Source: Ignavibacteriota bacterium (GTDB taxonomy: Bacteria > Bacteroidota > Ignavibacteria > UBA10030 > UBA6906). From it: a stretch of 64,000 nucleotides of DNA. The notes below the pieces were generated by a model. That model had not been told where the DNA came from and ran no database searches. It saw only the letters and a program-made list of their open reading frames with translations. Numbering within the stretch: position 1 is the first letter of the stretch; each line of letters begins with the position of its first letter. A program made the translations under genes and the position numbers. The stretch spans positions 2,272,001 through 2,336,000 of the forward strand of contig CAWDEM010000008.1 of NCBI GenBank assembly GCA_963801355.1. The letters run 5' to 3'. This document shows, one piece after another, positions 19,776 through 29,759 of this stretch.

Positions 19776-21833
19776 ATGGTACCCACAGTCCTCGACTGCG
19801 CAAGCGACCCGCTCACCCACAGGTTCGGAGACATGTTCAACCTCCCAGGTCTGACGAACTTCCTCGGCTGCGTTCAAACCGATTTGGATATTACGGGGAT
19901 CAGGAGTCTGAATTTCCCTCCGTATGCGACATCGGACACCCTCACGGGAGCTCTCTACATCGATGGGAGGTTTTTTAAAGCGACGGCGGCTCCAATCACG
20001 TTCGTTTGGTATCCTGATCGCATCGAACGGACCGCCGAGTCAGGAGGATTCCGGTTTCATTCGGTCACCATTCTCGCGGTAGGAGAAATGGCGGTGCTCG
20101 TCCGTCTCGAAATCGAGAACCTTTCAGGGGTCGCACGCTCGCTGACCCTGAAGTATGGTCTTCGAGGAGGAGTCACACGCGTGGATACGGCATGGACCAA
20201 CGCCATCCCCCCATCGGAAGACGATAACCGTGTGGCGCTCGATCCCGCACGAGGAGTCCTGCTGTTTTCCGCAGCCGCAAGCCGGGCGGTATCATGCCAG
20301 GGGATCCTCCCCGCCCCCACAGAAACCACGGCCAGGTCAATGACGCTGCGTCTGGCGCTTGCCCCCGGCGCGAAGTCCGTTGTGACGTATGTCAATGCCA
20401 TCGGTGGTACCGCCGAAGAAGCAGCCGCTCTGTATCAGCGCGTTGCGGCTCATCCGGAACAGATGATTGCCGGGGCACGGGAAAACTGGAATCAGGAGCT
20501 CGCCGCCGTCTTCACACCCGGCAACAACCGGTATTCCGGATCACTTCCCATGCTCGAGACAACCGACAGAGACATCGCCCGCATCTACCATGCAGGCATC
20601 CTTGGCGTCATTTCCTTCAAACGCGACACGCCATTCTCGGTCATCGGCCGGGCGTATGATACCCTCATGCCTAAATGGTGGCAAACGACGACTTTCATAT
20701 GGGACTATAGTCTGAGTGCTCTTGTCCACGCCCTCCTCGACCCCGAAGTGATGCGTAAGTATATCCAGCTCTGGATCAAAAGCGATATTCATACGCATTT
20801 TGGGACGGAGTACCTGACGGGCGGATCCGTCGGGCCCTGGTACTCGGTCAACGATTCTGCCATGGTGAGTCTTGCGCGGGAGTATATCCGGTGGACAGGC
20901 AATCGCTCGTGGTTGACGGAACAGGTGTCCGGGCGACCGGTGTTGGAGTATCTGACTGAGTACGCAACGAACTGGAAGCAGTTCCGCCAGCCAGGCGGGC
21001 TCGCCGATTACGGTGGCTTGTTAAATCTCCTGGAATGCGTGAGCACGTATGTGCATCAGGTGGCAAGCATGAACGCCGCCAACGTATTCAGCCTCCGGAC
21101 CACCGCCGAGTTACAGGAGCTCATGGGCGACAGTTCCCGAGCGCGACTTCTGCGGCAGGAGGCCGGCGAACTGCTCGGCAACATCCTTCGCCTCTACAAT
21201 GCCAAGAGAGGATCCTGGTATGCCCGGTTCCCCGATGGTTCTCTTGTCGATGTCCGTCACTGCTACGATTTTTTCACCGTGATGAATACCATCGGCGACG
21301 ATCTGAGCGTGAGCCAGCGCGAGGAGATGGTCGAATTCTTCCGGCGGGAACTCCAGGAATCGACCTGGATGCGTGCACTTTCCTGCGACGACGATGATGC
21401 GCTGTTCAGCGCCCGCCCCGATCATCAATGGAATGGAGCATATCCTGCATGGCCTCCACAGTCACTGCTGGCACTCTATCGTGCGGGGAAAGCAGACCTG
21501 GCTTTTCAATGGATGAAAGGACTGGCCCGCTCGGCAAACCAGGGACCCTTTGGCCAGGCGCAATTCGTCGATCCCACCGTCCCCGCCGATGGGGGAGGTG
21601 CACGAAAGGCCCCGATCGAGTGTCCCTATATTACCGACTGGACGGTGTCAAGCGGCGGCAGCTGGGTGAGTGCAATCGTTGAAGGGCTTTTTGGTGTTCG
21701 TGCCCCGATGCACGGACACCTTGAGGCTACCCCGGCGTTCAGTTCGTTTGACCCCAAGGCGGAGCTCCACAACCTCCCGTACCAGGGAAGACTGTACAAC
21801 GTATCCCGCGCCGGAGTGCGTTCAACGACGTGA
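19776..21833 (+). CDS. Cytoplasmic putative glycoside hydrolase, probably N-terminal beta domain plus (alpha/alpha)6 barrel; family unassigned
   Basis: About 685 aa, no signal peptide; FIWD, LLECVSTY, WNGAYPAWP, IVEGLFGV patterns resemble six-hairpin glycosidases; locus context. Confidence 0.55.
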   Translation: MVPTVLDCASDPLTHRFGDMFNLPGLTNFLGCVQTDLDITGIRSLNFPPYATSDTLTGALYIDGRFFKATAAPITFVWYPDRIERTAESGGFRFHSVTILAVGEMAVLVRLEIENLSGVARSLTLKYGLRGGVTRVDTAWTNAIPPSEDDNRVALDPARGVLLFSAAASRAVSCQGILPAPTETTARSMTLRLALAPGAKSVVTYVNAIGGTAEEAAALYQRVAAHPEQMIAGARENWNQELAAVFTPGNNRYSGSLPMLETTDRDIARIYHAGILGVISFKRDTPFSVIGRAYDTLMPKWWQTTTFIWDYSLSALVHALLDPEVMRKYIQLWIKSDIHTHFGTEYLTGGSVGPWYSVNDSAMVSLAREYIRWTGNRSWLTEQVSGRPVLEYLTEYATNWKQFRQPGGLADYGGLLNLLECVSTYVHQVASMNAANVFSLRTTAELQELMGDSSRARLLRQEAGELLGNILRLYNAKRGSWYARFPDGSLVDVRHCYDFFTVMNTIGDDLSVSQREEMVEFFRRELQESTWMRALSCDDDDALFSARPDHQWNGAYPAWPPQSLLALYRAGKADLAFQWMKGLARSANQGPFGQAQFVDPTVPADGGGARKAPIECPYITDWTVSSGGSWVSAIVEGLFGVRAPMHGHLEATPAFSSFDPKAELHNLPYQGRLYNVSRAGVRSTT

Positions 21834-24733
21834 TCCCGAAGTCAGGCAGCCTGCAGATTTGTGCACTTCCATTTCTCCGACGCCGCGAAGGCCGCCTCGT
21901 TCAGGCTATTCGTGTCCGCTGCACTGCCCCACAAGGTGTGACTGACTATCGCTGGACGCTTCGCGCCATCCGTGGCACCCTGCAGGAAGAATTTCCCTTA
22001 CAGGGAGAAGAGACGCAGATCGTGTTTCTCCCTGAACCGGAGACTCCCGGTGAAACAACTTTCCTCGCAACGTGGGGGGATACACACGAGTCGCTTCTCC
22101 TGCATATGAGTCCGGTCCGCCGATGGACAGTGCACCTTGTTCTGCATTCGCACACGGATCTTGGATTTACTGCTCCTGTGTCAGATGTCGCACAACTGCA
22201 CAATAACAACACCGATCGTGCAATAGAGCTTTGTCGGGAAACCGCACATCTCCCTGAGGGTCTGCGCTTCAGGTGGACATGCGAAGTGACCTGGCAGGTG
22301 CAGAATTACATACGCGATCGTACACCCGGACAGGTTGCCGCCCTGATGCAACTGGTGCGGGCGGGAGAGATCGGTGTCGGCGCCCTGTACAGCGGAGAAC
22401 TTACCGGACTCCTCGGACACGAGGAGTCCGTCCGGTCACTGGCGTATGCAGGTTTCCTCAGGCACCGGTATGGCATTCCCTGTGATACAGCGATGCTTTG
22501 CGACGTGCCGGGATGCACCGCCGGACTTGTGCAAATTATGGCGAAATCAGGGGTGTCGGGCCTTATCGTCGCCGACAACAACTTCATGGCTCCCTTCCTG
22601 CCGCGCACAAACCTCCCTCGCCCATTTATGTGGAGAGGAAGCGATAACACGGATGTCCTGTGCTGGTTCACCGATCATCCGTTCTACGCGTATGTCGAAG
22701 GAGAGTATTACGGTTTCCTGGAAGACCTGCGCAAAGCGGAACAGATGCTCGGGGACAAACTCCTCGCCCTTGAAGAACAGGGGTACCCGTACGACCGCTT
22801 CCAGATCCAGTATGCCTTCGACAACGCGCCCATCACATCTGTTCCTGCGGAAATCGTGCGCGAGTGGGCCGCGCATTGGGAGTATCCGAAGGTTCTCCTC
22901 TCCACCGCGAGAGAGTTCCTTGCGGCCATGAGACAGGAGCATGAACCTACCCTTCCCCGGCGCTCGGGCGATTGGTCCGATTGGTGGGGGGGAATCGTCA
23001 CTGGCTTCCCGGCCGATGAGGCCCTTGCGCGCGAATATCATGAGCGGGCCCCCGCCATCGAGACGCTCTCAACACACCTTGTGCTCCACGCAAACGGAAT
23101 CCCTCGACCCGATCCACGCGTAGCCCGCGTATACGATGGCCTCCTGGCCTTCGATGAGCACAGCGGCGGAGGTAATCTCTGGCGACCCGGAAACCGCGAA
23201 GAACAGGACCGCGCACTGCGCGAGGGATATGGCTTCCTCCATACAGCGATCGGCGAACTGGAAACGCTTCAACACGAAACGATGGATCTCCTGGCGGCCC
23301 ATGCCGCACAACCCGGAGCGGAAAACCGCGTCGGAATATACAATCCCTCAGGAGTGGCGGTGTCCCGTTACGTGGATATCACCCAAGCCGGAAGAGCACG
23401 CCGGGGGGTTCTTGCACATGATGTGCCGCCGTACGGCTATCGTCTGTTTCCAGCAGAACAACTCGTCACGACGGCGGGTCGCACGGCGAATCCAGTCCGC
23501 GCCCGGGCAGATGCAAACGCCGTGTACCTGGAAAGCCCGGCATGCACCGTGACTATCGACCGGAAAAGCGGCCGATGGATCTCGTACCTGGTCAAGGACG
23601 CCCCCGGCGAGCTCGTCCCGCCTGGAGAGGCACCGAATACTCCTTGTGTGTACGTCGTGCGCCCGGCATGCGAGATAGTGCTGGGCAAATACATTCCGGA
23701 TTTGTATGACGGCACATCGCATCCGGGCAGCTTTGTTCCCTGGCCTGCAGCCTCAGTCCCGGCATTGACGTGGGGTGACGACTTCCAGGGCAGTGCTATG
23801 TGTTCCGTGGAACACCGGATAGAGGGTATCCCCTGGATGATTCAGCAGTATCGCCTCAGCGAGCACCATGCCGGGGTTTCCATCGTCAACACGTTGCTGC
23901 GCACATGCGTCACCCAGCCTGCGCTGCGATCGGCGCTCACGGATTTTCTGCCTGCCAGCGGCGTGATGTACTTCCATTTCCCCTTCGTATTGCTCGAACC
24001 ATATGTCGAATATGAAGCGCCCGGGAAAATTCTTCGGCCCGCCGAGGAGCAATTCCCCGGCTCGTGCCACGACTTCGTGGCTGTCCAACGCTGGTGCGCT
24101 CTCCGGAACCCACGCGGCGGAGTGCTTCTCACTCTTCCCGATACCCCGTTGATCGATATCGGCAGCGTGGGCCTCCTCAGGTTCAAAGCACGTCTCGACA
24201 GCCACCCATCGGCATTGTTCGTCCGCGCAGTGACATTGAAGGATTGGGGCGGGCCGGATGAATCACCGTACACACATACACATGATTTTGTCTTCCGGTT
24301 CGGCGTCTCATTCATCGCCGATGATCCTGCCGGGCAGCCGGACATGACATTCCGAGCTCAGGCGCATCGCCGTGCCGTCCAGGACACAACACCATTGCTG
24401 CAGTTCGTTCCTCGCCCCGGAGAACCGGGCAGCGGACCCGGCGACGTTCACCGGTTTCTTGCCGTCACGCCTGATACTGTTGAAGTGCTGACGATGAAAC
24501 CAGCGGAAGCAGGCAACGGATGGATCATCCGTCTGCGCGAAGCGACAGGGGTTCGAACGGAGGCGCACCTGGTGTTTCCGGGGTTGCGCATCCTTGCTTG
24601 CCGGACGGCAATGATGACCGAAGAACCGGGTCTTCCTGTTCCTTTCACCGACAATGAGGTGACCATACAGTGTGCCCCGTTTGCTATCGTCACACTCTTG
24701 CTGGAACTCGTCCCCCGGATGCACCATGTCTGA
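21830..24733 (+). CDS. Cytoplasmic GH38-like glycoside hydrolase
   Basis: SHTDLGFT, FRWTCE, LCDVPG, FDEH, MKPAEAGNGWIIRLRE, PFAIVTL; no signal peptide. Confidence 0.78.
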   Translation: MIPKSGSLQICALPFLRRREGRLVQAIRVRCTAPQGVTDYRWTLRAIRGTLQEEFPLQGEETQIVFLPEPETPGETTFLATWGDTHESLLLHMSPVRRWTVHLVLHSHTDLGFTAPVSDVAQLHNNNTDRAIELCRETAHLPEGLRFRWTCEVTWQVQNYIRDRTPGQVAALMQLVRAGEIGVGALYSGELTGLLGHEESVRSLAYAGFLRHRYGIPCDTAMLCDVPGCTAGLVQIMAKSGVSGLIVADNNFMAPFLPRTNLPRPFMWRGSDNTDVLCWFTDHPFYAYVEGEYYGFLEDLRKAEQMLGDKLLALEEQGYPYDRFQIQYAFDNAPITSVPAEIVREWAAHWEYPKVLLSTAREFLAAMRQEHEPTLPRRSGDWSDWWGGIVTGFPADEALAREYHERAPAIETLSTHLVLHANGIPRPDPRVARVYDGLLAFDEHSGGGNLWRPGNREEQDRALREGYGFLHTAIGELETLQHETMDLLAAHAAQPGAENRVGIYNPSGVAVSRYVDITQAGRARRGVLAHDVPPYGYRLFPAEQLVTTAGRTANPVRARADANAVYLESPACTVTIDRKSGRWISYLVKDAPGELVPPGEAPNTPCVYVVRPACEIVLGKYIPDLYDGTSHPGSFVPWPAASVPALTWGDDFQGSAMCSVEHRIEGIPWMIQQYRLSEHHAGVSIVNTLLRTCVTQPALRSALTDFLPASGVMYFHFPFVLLEPYVEYEAPGKILRPAEEQFPGSCHDFVAVQRWCALRNPRGGVLLTLPDTPLIDIGSVGLLRFKARLDSHPSALFVRAVTLKDWGGPDESPYTHTHDFVFRFGVSFIADDPAGQPDMTFRAQAHRRAVQDTTPLLQFVPRPGEPGSGPGDVHRFLAVTPDTVEVLTMKPAEAGNGWIIRLREATGVRTEAHLVFPGLRILACRTAMMTEEPGLPVPFTDNEVTIQCAPFAIVTLLLELVPRMHHV

Positions 24734-25910
24734 TCGACATTCTTTCGTAGGCTTCCGCAATGCGGTAGCAGAAATCGCCGCGCCAGAGGCCAAACGCCGG
24801 CTCGTTGACGGGTACCTGAAGGATCTCGAATATCCGGTGTTCGAGGGGGACAGCAGCGTAATCCTTCTGTACCGCGGTCGCGCCGATGCGGTGCATATCG
24901 CGGGCGATATGACACACTGGGTTGAGTCGCTTCCATTCACGCGGATATCCGGGACAGATCTGTTCTGGTTCCGCGGGACGTATGAACCCGATGCACGGCT
25001 GGAGTACGTCCTGCAAGTGTCTGGTGCAGAGGCACCGATCACCGATCCCCTGAACCCGTATGCTGTACACGGATTTGTATTGAATTCCGAGCTCGCCATG
25101 CCTCGATACCGCAGGCATCGGATGTTTGAGCCGTACAAAGACGGCCGGAAAGGTGGTTTCGAATTGTTGCACGAATACACTCTTCCGGCTGGAGTGTTGC
25201 CGTATTCTCATACCATCCACGTATACACGCCTCCAGAGTACACGCAAATGGAGCGTCGATTTCCCTGCGTCTATTTTCAGGATGGCCGGGACTACATCGA
25301 GTACGGCATTGCGCCACTCGTCCTCCACACGCTCATCCAGTCGGGCCGCATCGAACCTCTGATCGGAGTCTTTGTGACACCGCCGAATCTCCATCTCCCT
25401 CAAACGCCGAACAGGACGAACGAATACGGGATGAGTGCGGAGTATGTCGAATTTTTCACGGAGGAACTCCGTGTATGGGTGGATGCGCATTTCCGCACCG
25501 TGTGCGATCGCTCCGCGCGCCTCGTGGTCGGCGATTCATACGGAGGGCTGATATCAATAACAATCGGGTTGCGTCGACCGGACATTTTCGGGATAGCATA
25601 CTCGCAGTCCGGTTATATGTCATTCAAAAAGGATCTGCTCCTCCAGGAAGTGGCCGGCACAGAGCCTGTCCGCGGCCGTTTCTATCTGGATTGCGGAACA
25701 TACGAACAGTGCGTGGGCCGCGGGATTGTTCCCGATGAGGAAGGCGACTTCCTTGCTGCAAATCGTCGTATGGCCCGGCTCATGCAACACAAGCATATCG
25801 ACATGGTGTACCGGGAATACCACGAGGGGCATACATGGGGAAATTGGCGGGGCCATCTACATGACGCGTTGGAACATTTCTTCGGCTCAACGCGTGAAAG
25901 GGGTACATAG
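24726..25910 (+). CDS. Alpha/beta-hydrolase esterase (Fes/CE1-like) with CBM48-like N-terminal domain
   Basis: IAGDMTHW, TDPLNP, VYTPPEY, YFQDG, GDSYGG nucleophile elbow, EGHTW. Confidence 0.85.
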   Translation: MSDRHSFVGFRNAVAEIAAPEAKRRLVDGYLKDLEYPVFEGDSSVILLYRGRADAVHIAGDMTHWVESLPFTRISGTDLFWFRGTYEPDARLEYVLQVSGAEAPITDPLNPYAVHGFVLNSELAMPRYRRHRMFEPYKDGRKGGFELLHEYTLPAGVLPYSHTIHVYTPPEYTQMERRFPCVYFQDGRDYIEYGIAPLVLHTLIQSGRIEPLIGVFVTPPNLHLPQTPNRTNEYGMSAEYVEFFTEELRVWVDAHFRTVCDRSARLVVGDSYGGLISITIGLRRPDIFGIAYSQSGYMSFKKDLLLQEVAGTEPVRGRFYLDCGTYEQCVGRGIVPDEEGDFLAANRRMARLMQHKHIDMVYREYHEGHTWGNWRGHLHDALEHFFGSTRERGT

Positions 25911-25912
25911 CG

Positions 25913-26830
25913 ATGCGCTTTGGCATGGATTTCGGCGGGACAAACATCAAGGCAGGAGTGTTTGATGAGAACGGGCAAACGCTGCTGCTCCGCATGCGAC
26001 CACTGAAGGGGTTCACGGCATCGCCAACACTCCTCCAGGACGTGATCGCCTTTGCAGAAGAGGTCATCGGTGATCGAGATGTCCGTGCCGGGGGCCTGGC
26101 GATCAAGGGAATGGTGGATGTCGAGCACGGCGTGGTACGGGATGACATCGGCGCAGGATCGCTCCTCGCCGGCCTGCCGCTGCGTGAGGAGTTCTCATCG
26201 CGCCTGCAGATTCCCTTCGCCGTGGACAACGACGCCCGGGCCTATGCATGGGGGGAATGGCGATTCGGTGCAGGCAAAGGTGCACGCACCATGGTGTGCA
26301 TGACATTCGGGACCGGACTCGGATGCGCCGTTGTAGCACGTGGTCATCCGTACACCGGAACAGACGCACTCGGGGGGCTTCTGGGAGGACACATCAGCAT
26401 CGATCGCAACGGTCCCGAATGCCCGTGCGGGCATCGGGGCTGCCTGGAACTCTATTGTTCCGCCACTGCGCTCCGTCGCCGTATCGTCGCAGCACATCCG
26501 GAGTGCGGGACGGAATCATCCGACGCACTCGCCTCTTTCTTCAGTGGCATCCGGGCGCAACGGCCCGAGTACCGTTCCACATTTGACGCTATCGTGGAGG
26601 ACTTTGCCGCAGGCATTGTGAATGTCGTGCATGCCTATTCCCCCGATGTGGTGGTCCTCGGCGGCGGCGTTCTGAAAAGCGCCGATCTGCTTCTCCCGGC
26701 GCTCACGATACTCGTGCACAGGCGCGCCTGGACCTTTCCACGGGGCATGGTGAAAGTCTTCGCATCCGCCCTGGGCGACGCGGCGGCCGCTGTGGGTGTG
26801 GCGTTTCATCAACATCTCAACCCATCGTAA
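25913..26830 (+). CDS. ROK family sugar kinase
   Basis: GMDFGGTNIK, VDNDA, TFGTGLG, H..CPCGHRGCLE zinc motif, VVVLGGGV; no HTH. Confidence 0.9.
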   Translation: MRFGMDFGGTNIKAGVFDENGQTLLLRMRPLKGFTASPTLLQDVIAFAEEVIGDRDVRAGGLAIKGMVDVEHGVVRDDIGAGSLLAGLPLREEFSSRLQIPFAVDNDARAYAWGEWRFGAGKGARTMVCMTFGTGLGCAVVARGHPYTGTDALGGLLGGHISIDRNGPECPCGHRGCLELYCSATALRRRIVAAHPECGTESSDALASFFSGIRAQRPEYRSTFDAIVEDFAAGIVNVVHAYSPDVVVLGGGVLKSADLLLPALTILVHRRAWTFPRGMVKVFASALGDAAAAVGVAFHQHLNPS

Positions 26831-26849
26831 AGGAGCCGGTACAAGCACC

Positions 26850-28688
26850 ATGCAGACACCCGATCCATTCCTTGCACCGCTCCCCGATGAGCTGAAAGAT
26901 TTTCCCCGCGGACCTTACAACCGCTTTCCGGTCTTCTCCCCACGCCGAGGGGAAATTGAACGCGGCTTTGCCTCACTTGCACTCCGGATACAACACACCA
27001 TGCGCCGGGGGACTCGTGTTCTCGTCATCGATGGTTTCAACGGCGTCGACTGGAAACAGTTCCGGACATCATTGTCTATCGGACTTGGCGCACTCGGCAT
27101 CTCTGCCGCCTGGCACGCCATGGAAGAGAGCCTGAAGGCGCCGGAAACGATCGGGGAGCACCTCGCACCATTCCTCGGCGGTGATGACCCGCTGTTCGGA
27201 CGCGCCTATCCCTTCGGACCGGACCATCTCTTCGATGCGGAGAAAATCGCCAATCTCCGCACCACGGTGGCGCTGGCACGTTCTGAGGCTTCGCATTCCC
27301 TGACAATCGTCAGCGGGTGCTGTGCCGGCCTCGTGGAACTCTGGGATGAGCTCTGGTATCTGGATATCCCGAAAGACGTGGTTCAAGGGCGGGCGCGTAG
27401 CGGTCTGGTCACGAATCTCGGTGATGATCGGTCCCGGACGTTCGGAGAATTCTATAAACGCTCCTACTTCTGCGACTGGCCGATGCTCAACAGGATGAAG
27501 CGGCGGTTGCTTCCGGATATTGGTGTTTTCGTTGACGTGCAGGATTCTTCCACTCCAACAGCAATGACCGGCGGGGACTTTCGCGCAACGCTTCATGAGC
27601 TCGCCGAGTCTCCCTTCCGTGTCCGACCCTGGTTCTTCCCCGGACCATGGGGCGGCCAGTTCATGAAAGGGCACATGGGCCTCGATGCCACACAGCCAAA
27701 TTATGCCTGGTCATTTGAGCTCATCGTACCGGAGAACGGAATCACCCTGGAAAAGAATGGGAGCCGGCTGGAGTTTTCATTCGATCTCCTGATGTACGCC
27801 GAATATCGGAGGGTACTCGGCGAGGAAGGAGGCAGACAATTCCTGCATGAATGGCCTATTCGTCTCGACTATCTCGATACCATTGATGGTGGCCACCTCT
27901 CAACGCAGTGCCACCCCCGTCTCCGGTATGTTCAGACGCAGTTCGGTGAATCGTTCACTCAGGACGAAACGTACTACATCGTCAATGCACGTTCCGATGC
28001 CCGCGTCTTCATCGGGCTCACCGACGAGTGCGATCCCGCAGCGTTCAAGCATGCGCTGCAAACCTCCGCCCGTGATGGTCAGGAGGTACAGATCGACAGG
28101 TTCGTCCATAGCGAACCCAGCAAACCGCACGACCTCTTTCTCATTCCCAATGGGACCGTGCACTGCAGCGGAAGGGGAAATCTCGTCCTGGAGATAAGCG
28201 CGACGACGTACATCTTTACCTTCAAGATCTACGACTATCTGCGGAAGGACCTGAACGGCGAGCTTCGCCCGATCAATATCGATCGGGCATTTGACAACAT
28301 CCGGTTCGAGCGGCGGCCGGTATGGGTGCGAGAGAACCTCATCGCTCGCCCCCGACTGCTCAGAGAAGGACCCGGTTGGAAGGAGTACCTGCTGATGGAC
28401 AGGCCGGAGTTCTTCTACAATATTCATCGTCTGGAGTTCGAACATGAGTGCTCGTACTCCACGGACGACAGGGGATATGCAGTGAACCTTGTGGAGGGAG
28501 AGCAGATCAGTGTCATCGCCGCAAATGGCAACACGTACACACTCTCCTACCTCGAATCCATGCTCATCCCCGCCGCTGCAGGGCACGTCCGTTTGGTGAA
28601 CAAAGGAGAACGGCCCTGCAAGCTTGTTCTCGTGTACGTGCGCCCGGGTGTCGGCAACACTCTTCCACTGAACTCTCCGGCAACCTGA
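26850..28688 (+). CDS. Class I mannose-6-phosphate isomerase-like cupin with long N-terminal extension
   Basis: GPWGGQ, LDTIDGGHLSTQCHP, QDETYYI, IPNGTVHCSG, LVLEIS. Confidence 0.75.
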   Translation: MQTPDPFLAPLPDELKDFPRGPYNRFPVFSPRRGEIERGFASLALRIQHTMRRGTRVLVIDGFNGVDWKQFRTSLSIGLGALGISAAWHAMEESLKAPETIGEHLAPFLGGDDPLFGRAYPFGPDHLFDAEKIANLRTTVALARSEASHSLTIVSGCCAGLVELWDELWYLDIPKDVVQGRARSGLVTNLGDDRSRTFGEFYKRSYFCDWPMLNRMKRRLLPDIGVFVDVQDSSTPTAMTGGDFRATLHELAESPFRVRPWFFPGPWGGQFMKGHMGLDATQPNYAWSFELIVPENGITLEKNGSRLEFSFDLLMYAEYRRVLGEEGGRQFLHEWPIRLDYLDTIDGGHLSTQCHPRLRYVQTQFGESFTQDETYYIVNARSDARVFIGLTDECDPAAFKHALQTSARDGQEVQIDRFVHSEPSKPHDLFLIPNGTVHCSGRGNLVLEISATTYIFTFKIYDYLRKDLNGELRPINIDRAFDNIRFERRPVWVRENLIARPRLLREGPGWKEYLLMDRPEFFYNIHRLEFEHECSYSTDDRGYAVNLVEGEQISVIAANGNTYTLSYLESMLIPAAAGHVRLVNKGERPCKLVLVYVRPGVGNTLPLNSPAT

Positions 28689-28697
28689 CCAAGCACC

Positions 28698-29759
28698 ATG
28701 TATTGGCTTTGGGATCCTGACCCTGTCGCTTTCGCCATCACCGACTTTGGAGTGAGTTGGTACGGACTTCTCTGGGCACTGGGGTTCCTCTTCGCCCAGC
28801 GGCTTGTGATTCTCATGTACAGGAAGGAAGGGAAGCCGGGCCGCGATCTCGACGCTCTATTGGTCTATCTTATTGTTGGAACCGTTGTGGGAGCGCGTAT
28901 CGGCCACTGCCTCTTCTATGATCCGCTGTACTATGTTCACAATCCCCTTTCGGTCTTCAAGGTCTGGGAAGGAGGTCTCGCCAGTCATGGGGCAGCAGCC
29001 GGCCTTCTGACCGCCCTCTATGTCTTCTCCCGGCGCAAGAAAGACCAGCCATTCCTCTGGTTGGTCGACCGCGTCGCTGTAGCTGCCGCGCTTGTCGGAG
29101 GACTCGTGCGTATAGGGAATTTCATCAACTCGGAGGTTATCGGAACACCGACCCGCTGCTCCTTCGGTGTTGTGTTCGTTGCTCCCATTCATGAAGCAGT
29201 GCTCAGCTCAGATCCCTCCATCGCAGGTGTCGAAATCCGGCGGATCGACACTCTCGTGGAGTCGCCACCGGGGATTGTTCCTTTGAGCATCACCGTTTCC
29301 ACCCGCCCATCTAATCCTTCAGGCGAATGGCGCCTCGGAGTGCTTCAGCGCGTGCGTGCAGCTCTGCTCGCACATCCGTCAGCACGGTTGCACATCCAGC
29401 CAGAAGGACTCTCCGCCCCGTCGCTGCCGGGGCAAAACAACGCCACGGGCATGACCCTATTCGTCGCAGGTATCGCCCGTCATCCGGTCCAATTATATGA
29501 AGGAGCTGTGGGTCTTGTGCTCGCCCTGGTTCTTTTTCTTCTCTGGCGGAAACATCAATCACAGCTTCTGCATGGCTCCCTTTTCGGCTGGTACCTTGTT
29601 GCCATTTTCGCTTCGCGGTTCGTCCTCGAGTACCTCAAAGAATCCGTCACGCCCATCGAGGCTGGATGGCCGTTCAGCATCGGACAACTCCTCAGCATCC
29701 CTTTTGTACTGTCCGGGTTCTGGCTGCTTGTGCATCAGAATTGTCGAAGGCAAACATGA
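28698..29759 (+). CDS. lgt: Prolipoprotein diacylglyceryl transferase
   Basis: WYGLL, VGARIGHCLFY, WEGGLASHG, RIGNFINSEVIG, RHPVQLYE, RFVLEYLK, GQLLSIP. Confidence 0.92.
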   Translation: MYWLWDPDPVAFAITDFGVSWYGLLWALGFLFAQRLVILMYRKEGKPGRDLDALLVYLIVGTVVGARIGHCLFYDPLYYVHNPLSVFKVWEGGLASHGAAAGLLTALYVFSRRKKDQPFLWLVDRVAVAAALVGGLVRIGNFINSEVIGTPTRCSFGVVFVAPIHEAVLSSDPSIAGVEIRRIDTLVESPPGIVPLSITVSTRPSNPSGEWRLGVLQRVRAALLAHPSARLHIQPEGLSAPSLPGQNNATGMTLFVAGIARHPVQLYEGAVGLVLALVLFLLWRKHQSQLLHGSLFGWYLVAIFASRFVLEYLKESVTPIEAGWPFSIGQLLSIPFVLSGFWLLVHQNCRRQT

